From Deinococcales bacterium (GTDB lineage Bacteria > Deinococcota > Deinococci > Deinococcales > JAAFIG01): a DNA stretch of 64,000 bases. Location of the stretch: positions 1 through 64,000 of the forward strand of contig JANNVX010000067.1 in NCBI GenBank assembly GCA_031414595.1, in the 5' to 3' direction. Every line of letters begins with the position of its first letter. The first letter of the stretch is position 1. Both the position numbers and the translations under genes were made by a program. A model generated the notes under the pieces. That model had not been told where the DNA came from. It did no database searches and was given only the letters and a program-made list of their open reading frames with translations. Of this stretch, positions 1 to 9,595 are shown piece by piece.

Positions 1-1
1 T

Positions 2-115
2 ATCTTTGCTGATTTGGATGCTTTGGAAGATATTTTGTGTGACCGTTGTGCTTTTCTGATGCAGAATCCTGAACTGGTTCGTGGTCGGGCTGGTTTTAGC
101 TGGCTCGATGATTAA
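2..115 (+). mobile_element. 3' end of probable IS630-family transposase (truncated by window edge)
   Basis: Frame 2 reads IFADLDALEDILCDRCAFLMQNPELVRGRAGFSWLDD*, resembling the C-terminal helix region of IS630 DDE transposases (F..l..Le..l..rc..l...pe.i....f.W). It is followed by ...AAATTTGGTATGAG (~128-141), which resembles IS630 right ends. Confidence 0.55.
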
Positions 116-183
116 ATACTATCTAAGTAAATTTGGTATGAGATGATATATCCTTAAATCTGGAAATCTTTTTAGGACAGTTC

Positions 184-1704
184 CTAAGCGTAGAACATTG
201 GCGCGGCGGGTTTGATAATTTGTCCCGGTTGCTGCTCAAAAGTCACAGAATTGTGCATGTACTCATCTTTCCAACCAATCTGATCTAAGGCTTTTAACCA
301 ACCACTGTACGATTCATTGTCTTTGACAAGGTAAGCGGCTTTGCCGATGCTTGCGTCGCCTCGAGCAATCACTTGTTCGACCCATGCCCATTTTGCCGAT
401 ACATTTCGTAACTCGAGGTCGCGGCGCAGTTCTTTTTGAATTCGCTTAAAGCGTTTTTCAATCACATCCACCCCAGCAAACGGGTCGGCGTGGTGCGGGG
501 TGTGGCGCTTTGGTACAAAAGGCGAAATCCCCATTGCCACTTTGGTGATGCTCGAGAGTTTTTTACTGAATTCAATTAGCTCGGTGATGTCGTCGTCGTT
601 CTCGGGTGGTAAGCCAATCATCATATAAACCTTGAGGCTCGAGAAGCCCAGTTTTTTAGATAAATGTGCGGTGCGTAATAAATCGGCTTCCGAAATACCT
701 TTTTTCATCCAGTCACGTAAGCGCTGGCTTGGCGCATCCGATGCCACGGTGAAACTGCGTAAGCCACCGTCGCGCAAAATTTGCGCCAGTTCTTCGTCTA
801 CCGTGTCCGCCCGAATACTCGAGACTCCAAGTTTTACGCCGCGTTCGGTTAGGGTGCGCCCGACGTATTTGGTGTGCTTAAAGTCCGATAATGCCGCGCC
901 GACCAAGCCGACTTTTTTGACCCAATCGGGAATGCACGCCAGCAAATCATTGGCTTCGTTGTTGCGGTTTGGTCCGTACATCGTGCGAGCAAGGCAAAAC
1001 GTACACGGACGAGGGCAGCCGCGTTGGGCTTCGACCAAGTACATGTTGCTCAGTTCCGAGTGCGGTGTGACAATTTGGCTGTAAGCAGGGAGCATTTCTT
1101 TGGGGGCAGTTGCCCAAAGCGGTTCGTGTTTCATGCGGTCTGGTAAGTAAATTCCCGGTCTACCTTCAAGGTCAGATAAAAATTCGGCTCGAGATGATGC
1201 TTCGCGCCAAGCCTCGGCAATGATTGGCACAATTAACTCACCGTCGCCAATGCAGATAATATCGGCAAATGGCGCAACGGGGTACGGGTTGCTCGAGGTT
1301 AATGGACCTCCAACAATAATAATTGGGTCAGATTCGTCGCGCTCTTCTCGCCACGGGTTAATTTTGCTCGCCTCGAGAAAACGAATGATGTTGGTTAGGT
1401 CTAGTTCAAAACTGACCGACAACGCCACCATATCGGCTTGTCCGACAGGATTGCCGCTCTCGAGCATCGGCAGTGGTTCGCCAAACTTCTGGAATGCCTC
1501 GAGGTCATCGGGCAGAAAAGCGCGTTCACAAGAAAAGCCTTCTTCTTCGTTAAACATGCGGTAAATCACTTGATAACCAAGGCTCGCCATGCCAACCGAG
1601 TAGCGATTGGGGAAACCAAGGGCAACGCGGGTTGAGGCATGTCGTCGGATTGTACCGATTTCATCATCTAACAGGGGTTTTAAGTGCTTACGCCAATAAC
1701 TCAT
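184..1704 (-). CDS. Radical SAM protein (B12-binding-like N-terminal region)
   Basis: 506 aa ORF with CxxxCxxC (GCPRPCTFC), N-terminal FPNRYSVGMASLG, IGDGE and YMMIGLP motifs. Confidence 0.85.
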   Translation of the reverse strand: MSYWRKHLKPLLDDEIGTIRRHASTRVALGFPNRYSVGMASLGYQVIYRMFNEEEGFSCERAFLPDDLEAFQKFGEPLPMLESGNPVGQADMVALSVSFELDLTNIIRFLEASKINPWREERDESDPIIIVGGPLTSSNPYPVAPFADIICIGDGELIVPIIAEAWREASSRAEFLSDLEGRPGIYLPDRMKHEPLWATAPKEMLPAYSQIVTPHSELSNMYLVEAQRGCPRPCTFCLARTMYGPNRNNEANDLLACIPDWVKKVGLVGAALSDFKHTKYVGRTLTERGVKLGVSSIRADTVDEELAQILRDGGLRSFTVASDAPSQRLRDWMKKGISEADLLRTAHLSKKLGFSSLKVYMMIGLPPENDDDITELIEFSKKLSSITKVAMGISPFVPKRHTPHHADPFAGVDVIEKRFKRIQKELRRDLELRNVSAKWAWVEQVIARGDASIGKAAYLVKDNESYSGWLKALDQIGWKDEYMHNSVTFEQQPGQIIKPAAPMFYA

Positions 1705-1790
1705 TCGTCTCCATATCTAGCCTAAGCACTGTAGCAAACCAAATTGATAATAAACAGCGACAATTGTGCCAATGGGGTAGACTAAAACAT

Positions 1791-2624
1791 ATGGCTGGCA
1801 GAGGCGCAATAGACACAATTTCACTCGAGGCAATGGTTTACCTGCTCGAGTTCTTACCGCAAACCCAAGCGCATTCAGATTGGATTCCGGGTAAGTTACT
1901 GGACTCCAACATGATGCAGCAAATGCAGTCCGAGGCATTCACAGGGTTTGCGGTGTTTGCTTTAGAACAAGAATGGTTGGGTGGGATTCTTTTTTACAAA
2001 GGGCAGGCGCTCGAGGCATGGCGCAGGGCATTGGGTGGCTTAGAAAACCGTGCCGAGGCATACCGCAATCTACTCCCGATGCTTGAATTTGCCTCAGTGC
2101 GTTTTTTTGTGTTGCCTGTTGACCTACTACCGAGTATTTCTGGTTTAACCCTGTCTGAAGCAATAGAAACCTATAACGCTACCGATATTCAAAGTGTGTC
2201 GCTGCTCGAGAAATTAAGCGCCGCCCAGTTTTCTGGGGCGGTACTGCTCGAGAATGGCGCGGTTGCCCAAGCATGGCATTTTTCCAAAGGCATAGCCTTG
2301 CAAAACTTGCCGCTTCCAGAAACATTCAAAGAAGGTAGGCTACATATTTTACATAACCCACTCGAGAAACCCGAGGATGTGGTGCAGTTTGCGGTTATGG
2401 AAGCCGAAAATGAAACAACGGCTCGAGTGCATTTGTTACGAGCCACCCTCGAGAACCAACTGATTGATCATCTTGGAATCAATGCCAAACCGCTTTTAGA
2501 AGCCAATCATGCTTGGTTAGCCCAAAACAACCCAAAGCGCTTGCAAGAAACGATTGAAATTTGGCTCGAGGAGACTTACGGCACGGTGTTCTTGCAACAA
2601 TTTCGAGAGCGCCTCGAAAATTAG
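1791..2624 (+). CDS. Hypothetical protein with two internal PATAN/DUF2226-like repeats
   Basis: Start moved to ATG 1791 (TAGACT -10 box 7 nt upstream; the longer ORF overlaps the divergent gene). Contains FTG...ILFYKG and FSG...WHFSKG repeats; paralogue of the next gene. Confidence 0.7.
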   Translation: MAGRGAIDTISLEAMVYLLEFLPQTQAHSDWIPGKLLDSNMMQQMQSEAFTGFAVFALEQEWLGGILFYKGQALEAWRRALGGLENRAEAYRNLLPMLEFASVRFFVLPVDLLPSISGLTLSEAIETYNATDIQSVSLLEKLSAAQFSGAVLLENGAVAQAWHFSKGIALQNLPLPETFKEGRLHILHNPLEKPEDVVQFAVMEAENETTARVHLLRATLENQLIDHLGINAKPLLEANHAWLAQNNPKRLQETIEIWLEETYGTVFLQQFRERLEN

Positions 2625-2676
2625 ATTGTCATGTTAGACTTTTCTTTAATTTTATGATTCGATTCTCGAGGGTCTT

Positions 2677-3519
2677 TTGAACGCAAATCCGCGTGGCGTG
2701 TTGGACTCTTTTTCGGCTGCCTTGCTTGGGTATTTGTTTGAATTTTTGCCTCAGACCGACCCGCTTTCTGAGTGGGTTCCGGGTAAACTTTTAACCAACG
2801 AATTTGTACTGCGTTTACGTGAATCAGAATTTACCGGTTTTGCCCATGCCAAAATAGGACATGAACTGCGCGGCATCCTGATTTTTTTTAAGGGGCGCTT
2901 ACTCGAGGCTTGGACATATGCACCTTTGGGTTGCGAAGTCGGCATAGATGCCTATTTGCACTTGCTTGAAAAAATAGCCGAAGGCGGTGTGGCACTCTAT
3001 AAACTCCCAACCGATGCCATTCCAGCCGTGCTTGCCTTTACCCTTGGGACGGTGCGCGTGGCTGGGGCAGATGCTAGAATTGTCAGCAGCCAGAATCTAA
3101 TCCGCAATCTCGAGGAGGAACGCTTTAGCGGCACGCTGATTCTCGAGAATGGCAAAATCGGACAAGCGTGGCTGTATCAACGTGGTCAGAACCTGTTCCC
3201 GCCGCCCTTGCCCGAAGAATTCCGCGAGGGCAAACTGCATTTGGTTCATGCCCCGGCTCGAGCGCCCAAAGATTTATTTGAAGCCCTAGCCGAACAAGTG
3301 CGGGCAACTGCCCAAGCCGAACTTGACCGTGTTTGGGCGGCGGCGCTGCTCGTATTAACCAACCAACTTGGACGAGGCGCAAACCAAGCCTTGGACAATC
3401 AGCGCAGCCGAATAAGTTCTGACAATTCTACCGAGGTTTTTGCCTTGCTGCGACGTTTTTTTGAAAGCAACTTTGAACCCGATGCGGTGTTAGATTTTGA
3501 AAAGCACTTAGCCAGATGA
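2677..3519 (+). CDS. Hypothetical protein, tandem paralogue of upstream gene
   Basis: Shares YL.EFLPQT, W.PGKLL, FTGFA, F.KG..LEAW, FSG...LENG...QAW and PLPE.F.EG.LH with 1791..2624. Confidence 0.75.
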   Translation: MNANPRGVLDSFSAALLGYLFEFLPQTDPLSEWVPGKLLTNEFVLRLRESEFTGFAHAKIGHELRGILIFFKGRLLEAWTYAPLGCEVGIDAYLHLLEKIAEGGVALYKLPTDAIPAVLAFTLGTVRVAGADARIVSSQNLIRNLEEERFSGTLILENGKIGQAWLYQRGQNLFPPPLPEEFREGKLHLVHAPARAPKDLFEALAEQVRATAQAELDRVWAAALLVLTNQLGRGANQALDNQRSRISSDNSTEVFALLRRFFESNFEPDAVLDFEKHLAR

Positions 3520-3561
3520 GCGGATTGTACAGTTCTGACATTTGTACGGTAAAGTAATGCC

Positions 3562-4371
3562 ATGAGACGAAACCCAATGCTGTTATCGGTACTGTTTTGC
3601 TTCACATCAGGGTCATTTTCTCAAATTCTCGAGCCGAGTCAGTGGCTACCGATTCCGCTTTCTTCCGACCCCGATTTTGGGGTTATCGAACCGATTAAAC
3701 CACTGCCCAGCAGCAACAGCATTCGACTCGAGTCAAAAAAAGTTTTGGGTGTGTCGGTCAAACTGATTCATGTCAATTTAGAGCATCCGATGGTGCAAGT
3801 TAGCGCGGTGTTACCGACTAATCTATTCAAAAAAGGCGCACACTTTGATACCTTGGTGGCTGGCTCGAGTGCGGTTGCGATGCTCAACGGTGGGTATTTT
3901 CATCCGCAGACTTTTAGTCCTGTAGGCGACTTGGTGGTGGATGGAAAATGGTTAAACCAAGGGCGTTTACGTTCTGGGCTGGCGATTACCAAAGCCAATA
4001 CTGCCCTACTTTGGACAAAAGACAGCCAAATAATTCCACGCGGTTTCAAAACCCTGATTGGTACAGGACCGATTTTGGTTCGAGCCTATCAAATAAACCC
4101 AGTCCCAAAAGCCGAAGGCTACGGCGACAAAGCCATCTGGTCAAAAGCTGCCAGAAGTGCAATCGGTATCTTAGGTGATAAAAAAATTGTACTGGTCAGC
4201 ACTAGAGAACGCCTTTCTTTACGTGAACTAGGTAAAATTATGCACAAACTTGGTTCAAGAGATGCGATTGCCCTAGATGGCGGCTCGAGCGTTGGTATGG
4301 CATGGAAAGGCAAAGTGCTGATTCATCCAAAACGAAAAATTGCGTTTGGGGTTGGGGTCTATATCAAATGA
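3562..4371 (+). CDS. Phosphodiester glycosidase (NAGPA) family secreted protein
   Basis: Signal-like N-terminus; NGGYF, GPILV, ARSAIG and ALDGGSS motifs. Confidence 0.85.
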   Translation: MRRNPMLLSVLFCFTSGSFSQILEPSQWLPIPLSSDPDFGVIEPIKPLPSSNSIRLESKKVLGVSVKLIHVNLEHPMVQVSAVLPTNLFKKGAHFDTLVAGSSAVAMLNGGYFHPQTFSPVGDLVVDGKWLNQGRLRSGLAITKANTALLWTKDSQIIPRGFKTLIGTGPILVRAYQINPVPKAEGYGDKAIWSKAARSAIGILGDKKIVLVSTRERLSLRELGKIMHKLGSRDAIALDGGSSVGMAWKGKVLIHPKRKIAFGVGVYIK

Positions 4372-4438
4372 ATGACTGTTGTGTATATCAAATGAATGAC
4401 TATTGTGTATATCAAATGAATGACTATTGTGTACATCA
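4360..4438. repeat. 24-bp tandem repeat x3 (TATATCAAATGAATGACTRTTGTG)
   Basis: Units at 4360, 4384 and 4408 plus a partial at 4432; the first unit contains the last codons and stop of the upstream gene. Confidence 0.95.
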
Positions 4439-4486
4439 TGTAACTTGACTTTTATAGTATATCCAACGATACTTTTTGTTATCGTT

Positions 4487-5437
4487 ATGAACGCACCTCT
4501 TACCCGTCAGCCCTTAAAAAAAGCCAGCCAGCAAGCACCGCTTGAGCAGTTAAGCATCATTATCCCTTCCTATAACGGAATTGGTGTTTTAGAAAAGTGC
4601 ATGACCATCTTAGAGAAAATCGCCTCTCGAGCCGAAGTGATTGTGGTGGATGGCGGCAGTACCGATGGGAGTTTTGAATTGGTACGCGACCAATATGGGT
4701 GGGCAAAATTACTGGCTGTACCAAATTATGGCTGGGCGCATGCCACCAACCGAGGCTTTGAAATTGCCCATGGAAAATTTTTGGTGACACTCAACTCAGA
4801 TGTGTTCCTCACCCCAGAAGCCCTAGAAGCCATGGTACTGCGTTTACTCGAGAACCCACAGATTGGTGGAGTCCAACCCTATTTACTCAACGGCGACCAG
4901 ACCCGCCAAATGGTTTTTGGTCCACTCTATCCGCCGCACTGGACAAGTATGAAGCAAGCTGTTGATGCACCCGTACTGTCTGGGGCATGTTTAATGACCC
5001 GCCGTGATGTGTTAGAAAAAGTTGGTGGGTTCGATGAAAATTTCTTTTTTTACAACGAAGAATTTGACTGGTGTTGGCGTGCCAGAAAAGCAGGATTCAG
5101 AATGGAACTTCGTCCAGAACGGGTGGTGCATCTCGAAGGGGGTTCAACCCCCAAGCACCCCAATTTTCAACTCGAGGCGCAACGTGGGGCGCTGTATTTG
5201 GTACGAAAACATTTTCATCCGATTATTTTCGAGATTTCCCGCTTTGGGGCGCAGGGATTGTGCTGGATTGCCATGGATTATGACCCGCGCAAAGAATTTC
5301 ATGGGGTTTGGAAAATCATGGAAGTGATTGCTCGAGAACGGCGTTACCTCGAGACCCCTTTTCAATTATCTGGGCGCGGACAGGTACAATTTAAGTTACC
5401 TTCTGAGCCTTTGCCAGAATCGCCTGACCACCAATAA
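4487..5437 (+). CDS. Glycosyltransferase family 2
   Basis: SIIIPSYN, VVDGGSTDGS, LNSD and GGFDENFFFYNEEFDWCWR motifs; likely start ATG 4487. Confidence 0.9.
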   Translation: MNAPLTRQPLKKASQQAPLEQLSIIIPSYNGIGVLEKCMTILEKIASRAEVIVVDGGSTDGSFELVRDQYGWAKLLAVPNYGWAHATNRGFEIAHGKFLVTLNSDVFLTPEALEAMVLRLLENPQIGGVQPYLLNGDQTRQMVFGPLYPPHWTSMKQAVDAPVLSGACLMTRRDVLEKVGGFDENFFFYNEEFDWCWRARKAGFRMELRPERVVHLEGGSTPKHPNFQLEAQRGALYLVRKHFHPIIFEISRFGAQGLCWIAMDYDPRKEFHGVWKIMEVIARERRYLETPFQLSGRGQVQFKLPSEPLPESPDHQ

Positions 5438-6392
5438 AAGGACCAATCAGCACATACAAGTAATACGATAAAATTCGCCAAATCAGCACAAAAGGAACAA
5501 TCGCTTGTGGAGCAACACCAAGGGCAGCCCCCGTTGTACCAAGTACCACTTCGTAATAACCTGCGCCGCCGGGTGTAGGAATAAAAAAACCAAAAAATAC
5601 CAGAATCACCTGAGCCGCAATTAAACCACCATGATGCACTGTTAAACCAAGTGCCGCCAAGACCAAATTAGCGGCAACCAAATGCAACATAAAACTTAAA
5701 GCCGTGGCAAAATGCAGTTTTAATTGCGTTGCAAAAGGCATGGTTCGCATTTGCTGCATAGCGGTGGCTGTTTCTTGTACAAATTGGACCACACCAGCTT
5801 GAAAACGTCTTAAAAATTTAATTTGAAAAATAAAACCAAGCAACTGCTCGAGACGGTGAGCCTGAAAAGCCACGCCATAAGCTAAGCCAATTGCACCAAC
5901 CATGCCCAGACCAACAAAAATACCGAGTAATGAACCGACCACTGGCAATTTAAGGTCAATACCTTGCCATTGCAAATAGATAAAAGCCAAGGGCAAGGCG
6001 TAAGCATACAGCGTTAAATCCAGTGCTAAGGTAAAAACTGCGACGGCGGTACCGCGTTTAGCATTGGTGTATTGGGCTAAGTACCACGCCATCGCCACAT
6101 TTGCTCCACTTGCATTGGGTGTGACCGAAGCACCAAATAAATACAACAAAAAAGCTCTGGTGGCACGCCATAAGCTGACATTGGGGCTGTTGCTTAAAAG
6201 TTGAATTCGCCAACCAGCACTCAGCCACCACGAAACCACCACGACCACAAAAGCCATTGCCCAAAGCGGATGAATTTTTACAAGGCTCGAGAACGCCGCC
6301 AAATCAAAGGTTTTGCCTGAACCCAGCAAGGTAAAAATACCCAATGCCGATAAGACAACTGTCACTAAAATGGCTTGAACTGCATTTTTCAT
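5391..6392 (-). CDS. Lysylphosphatidylglycerol-synthase-TM / flippase-like (UPF0104) membrane protein
   Basis: Multi-TM protein with IPTPGGAGYYE and LIWRILSYY motifs; likely start MKNAV at 6392. Confidence 0.85.
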   Translation of the reverse strand: MKNAVQAILVTVVLSALGIFTLLGSGKTFDLAAFSSLVKIHPLWAMAFVVVVVSWWLSAGWRIQLLSNSPNVSLWRATRAFLLYLFGASVTPNASGANVAMAWYLAQYTNAKRGTAVAVFTLALDLTLYAYALPLAFIYLQWQGIDLKLPVVGSLLGIFVGLGMVGAIGLAYGVAFQAHRLEQLLGFIFQIKFLRRFQAGVVQFVQETATAMQQMRTMPFATQLKLHFATALSFMLHLVAANLVLAALGLTVHHGGLIAAQVILVFFGFFIPTPGGAGYYEVVLGTTGAALGVAPQAIVPFVLIWRILSYYLYVLIGPFIGGQAILAKAQKVT

Positions 6393-6474
6393 AACTGCCT
6401 CTTGGCAGGCTCGAGTTTTGACACAAAGTAGTTTACACTTAAAAAAGTTCCTTGAGATTGAGAATAAGGTGAAC

Positions 6475-7620
6475 ATGAATAATCCAAGTAAAAAAATATT
6501 AATCGTTTCTGATGAAGGGTTCAAAGCTGGTGGTATTGGAACATCCACCGCGAATTTAGCAGTGGCACTGGCAAAAGCAGGGCAGGATGTGGTGCTGGTC
6601 TGGCCCGATGCCAATTCGGTTGCCCTTGCGGGGGTGCGACAAGTTTCGGTCAATGCCAAGCGATTTGATGTCGGTAAACTTGGTTTTGTGATGCTGGCAT
6701 TGCCCCCAGCCGCCAGTGCCATGCCAGAATACTGGATTCCAGATGTGGTGCATATCATGCGTCCGACTTATCTTGGTATTTGGGCGTATCGCTTAGCAAA
6801 AAAAGCTAAGGCAACCACTGTCTTAGCCATGCACGAAATTGTTGAACAACTCCCCAACAAGACCATTATTGGGCGTGTATTGCGTGGTATTGCCCGTTGG
6901 TGGTTTAGAACAACCTACAATGCGGTTGACATCAGCCTTACGCCAGCTAAATTTGTCGTCAATCACGCGCATCAAAGCCTTTTACTGCATCAAAAACCAA
7001 GCTATTTATCTAACGCCCTAGACTTAACTGCATGGCGGGCGGTCTCGAGTGCCGAAAAGCCTTTACCAGACAAAAAACTGCAAATTTGCAGTGTGATTAA
7101 CTTCTCACCCTATAAAAATCCAATGATGATTCCAGAACTCTGGGCAGAACTGCGCCAACGAGGACTACATATTCAACTCGAGCTTGTGGGTGGTGGTGTG
7201 CTATTTACGGATGTTCAAGAGCGCATCAAAGCCCTTCAACTCGAGGATTTAATTCATTTACAAGGACCCAAAGGGCGTTCTGAGGTGGCAGTCCTGATTG
7301 CGTCTAGCGATGCGTTTTTATTAACCAGTTTATTTGAATTACAACCGATGGTACTCATCGAAAGTAAAGCCCTTGGCACACCCGCTTTGGTTGCCAAAGC
7401 ACCACTCTCAGGGGCAGTTGACTTAGTAGAAGATGGGGTCAATGGAGTTCTTTTTGACTTGGATATTCAAAAAGCCGCAAATACCTTAGAGCCGTACTTT
7501 CGTCAACCCGAAAAATTGCGAGCCATGCGCCCCGCTACCTATGCCGATGCCGCCCAGTACGACCTCGAGCCAGTTGCCTTGGCTGCCCTCGAGATTTATA
7601 CAGCCAAGCCCAAAGGTTAA
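6475..7620 (+). CDS. Glycosyltransferase family 4 (GT-B)
   Basis: KILIVSD...GGIGT, PDVVH, and ELQPMVLIE (EX7E) motifs; likely start 6475. Confidence 0.9.
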   Translation: MNNPSKKILIVSDEGFKAGGIGTSTANLAVALAKAGQDVVLVWPDANSVALAGVRQVSVNAKRFDVGKLGFVMLALPPAASAMPEYWIPDVVHIMRPTYLGIWAYRLAKKAKATTVLAMHEIVEQLPNKTIIGRVLRGIARWWFRTTYNAVDISLTPAKFVVNHAHQSLLLHQKPSYLSNALDLTAWRAVSSAEKPLPDKKLQICSVINFSPYKNPMMIPELWAELRQRGLHIQLELVGGGVLFTDVQERIKALQLEDLIHLQGPKGRSEVAVLIASSDAFLLTSLFELQPMVLIESKALGTPALVAKAPLSGAVDLVEDGVNGVLFDLDIQKAANTLEPYFRQPEKLRAMRPATYADAAQYDLEPVALAALEIYTAKPKG

Positions 7621-7708
7621 GTTCATTGAATTATCAGTTAGCTTTGCTAGGCTGCCTTGTTACGAAACAGACAACACTTTCGGGTGGAGTCTGTGAGGAG
7701 AAATATTC

Positions 7709-9517
7709 ATGTCAATTATTGCAATTACTGGAGCGGCTGGCTCAGTTGGACAAGCCCTGACAAAGCGTTTTCTAGCGGCAGGGCATCAGGTGCGTGTTTT
7801 GGTGCGAACCGAGCAACAAGCCCTCAATTTGGCTGCTCCGAATCTCGAGGCAATTATTGGGGATGTCCGTAGCCAAGTCAATCTCGAGACTTTACTTGAG
7901 GGGGCAGAAATTGTCTGTCATCTAGCCGCTTGGATGGGGAAGCCATTTAACGAAGATTTGGCGGTTTCAATCAATGTTAAGTCAGTCGAAACGGCAGTGC
8001 GCTTAGCGGCTAAAGCTGGCGCAAAACGCTTTGTGCTTGCCAGTAGCGTGGCGGTTTACGGTCCTGTGCGTGGTGGTACGGTAGACGAACGCTCACCAAT
8101 TTCAAAGGTCGGAGACTTGTATTCGGATACCAAAGCCGACTCCGAAACTGCGGCTCGAGCCGCCGCCGAAGGCACAAACTTAGAACTGACCATCCTGCGC
8201 CCAGCCATGATTTACGGTCCTAGCGCCCCGTCTTGGACAATCATTCCCTTTGAAATGATTCGTAGCGGTACACCGATGATTATTGGCAATGGCGAGGATT
8301 TACTAAACCCAGTCCATGTGGATGATGTTGCTCGGGCTTTTGAAATCGCGGCTTTTCACCCACAAGCTGCCAATAACGATTTTAATATTTCGGGTGAATC
8401 TGCCACCTGGAATGTCTTCCTAGGGCATTATGCACGAATGGCAAATACCACCTTGCGCCGTTTACCGGCTGGAATTGCGACTTTTGGGGCGGGTATAGGT
8501 GAAAAAGCCAGTCGTTTAATGGGCAAACGCCCTCAAGTGATGGCAGAAATGGTTGGTGTGATGACCAGCCGCGCCCATTTTAGTGGCGAAAAAGCCGCAA
8601 CAGTGCTTGGGTTCAAACCAGAAATTGATTTAGAAACTGGAATGAAAGAAACCGAAACATGGTTGCGTTCTAAAGGCTACGTCAAAACGCCAAGCACTGC
8701 CCTTGTAACTGGGGCGGGCAGTGGACTCGGACAGGCTATCGCTCAGGGGTTGCAAGCCAAAGGCTTAACTGTTTGGGCAACCGACATGACTTTAGAGACG
8801 ATCAGCGAACTGCCAGACACCATCCATAAAGTCGCCATGAATGTCACCTTGGATGCCAGTATTGCCTCAGCCCTCGAGACGATTAAAAGTGCTGGGCATG
8901 AGATAGACCTCCTGATTAACGTGGCTGGAATTGCCAAACCGGGCGCACTCGAGGCACAAGACTTTAGTGAAGTGACGCTGCAATTTGAAGTCAATGCTTT
9001 TGGACCACTGCGCCTTGCTAGGGCGCTTGCACCCGCGATGCGAAAACGTGGTTTTGGCAGAATCATCAATATCTCGAGTACCAATGGTTTTGTGGTGACA
9101 CCATTTATGGGGGCATACAGCGCCTCTAAATTTGCCCTAGAAGCCCTCTCGGACAGTCTGCGGCTCGAGTTAAAACCTTGGGGGGTGGATGTGATTATCA
9201 TTGAACCGGGCGCAATGAAAACCCCCTTTGCGGCTACAGCTCAAAAAGGCTTAGAAGCCACCATGGAACAAAACCCAGACTGGAAACCGTACCTCGAGGG
9301 CTTTATTAAATCCTCGATGTGGGGAACGGTTGGCGGCACACCACCCGAAAAAGTTGCCGAAGTCATTATTAAAACTGCCCTAGGCAAAGGCGCACCACAC
9401 CGGGTTCTCGCCACCATGGATGCCATTCCATCTCGAGTGATTTCAACCCTGCCGTCCTTGATTAAAGACCCGTTGTTTTCGCAGATGTCGGGATTAAGTA
9501 AAAAACCAGTCAAATAA
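7709..9517 (+). CDS. Fusion of extended SDR (epimerase/dehydratase-like) and classical SDR oxidoreductase
   Basis: N-half has TGAAGSVG, YSDTK, LRPAMIYGP and VHVDDVA; C-half has TGAGSGLG, NVAG, NISS and YSASK. RBS AGGAG upstream. Confidence 0.85.
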   Translation: MSIIAITGAAGSVGQALTKRFLAAGHQVRVLVRTEQQALNLAAPNLEAIIGDVRSQVNLETLLEGAEIVCHLAAWMGKPFNEDLAVSINVKSVETAVRLAAKAGAKRFVLASSVAVYGPVRGGTVDERSPISKVGDLYSDTKADSETAARAAAEGTNLELTILRPAMIYGPSAPSWTIIPFEMIRSGTPMIIGNGEDLLNPVHVDDVARAFEIAAFHPQAANNDFNISGESATWNVFLGHYARMANTTLRRLPAGIATFGAGIGEKASRLMGKRPQVMAEMVGVMTSRAHFSGEKAATVLGFKPEIDLETGMKETETWLRSKGYVKTPSTALVTGAGSGLGQAIAQGLQAKGLTVWATDMTLETISELPDTIHKVAMNVTLDASIASALETIKSAGHEIDLLINVAGIAKPGALEAQDFSEVTLQFEVNAFGPLRLARALAPAMRKRGFGRIINISSTNGFVVTPFMGAYSASKFALEALSDSLRLELKPWGVDVIIIEPGAMKTPFAATAQKGLEATMEQNPDWKPYLEGFIKSSMWGTVGGTPPEKVAEVIIKTALGKGAPHRVLATMDAIPSRVISTLPSLIKDPLFSQMSGLSKKPVK

Positions 9518-9523
9518 TTTTTT

Positions 9524-9558
9524 AGGAACGCAGCTTTTTGGTTTGCATTCCTTTTTTA
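9524..9558 (+). terminator. Probable intrinsic terminator
   Basis: Imperfect hairpin AGGAACGCAG...TTGCATTCCT followed by a T-tract, just after the SDR fusion stop. Confidence 0.55.
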
Positions 9559-9595
9559 TGACTCGAGTCGCACAAAAAGTAGTACACTTGGTCGC

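Noticed and set aside
632-1564. Antisense ORFs of 60-225 aa here and throughout (e.g. 15875-16369, 45591-46100, 52870-53547)
   Set aside because: They lie opposite well-supported genes and have no recognisable motifs; they are shadow ORFs.
4360-4438. Possible mini-CRISPR array (also 34848-34912)
   Set aside because: Units are head-to-tail with no unique spacers, and no cas genes are in the window.
6393-6758. N-terminal extension of the flippase-like ORF (similarly 1632-1790, 55416-55592, 61131-61280)
   Set aside because: The extensions overlap divergent genes; better internal starts exist.
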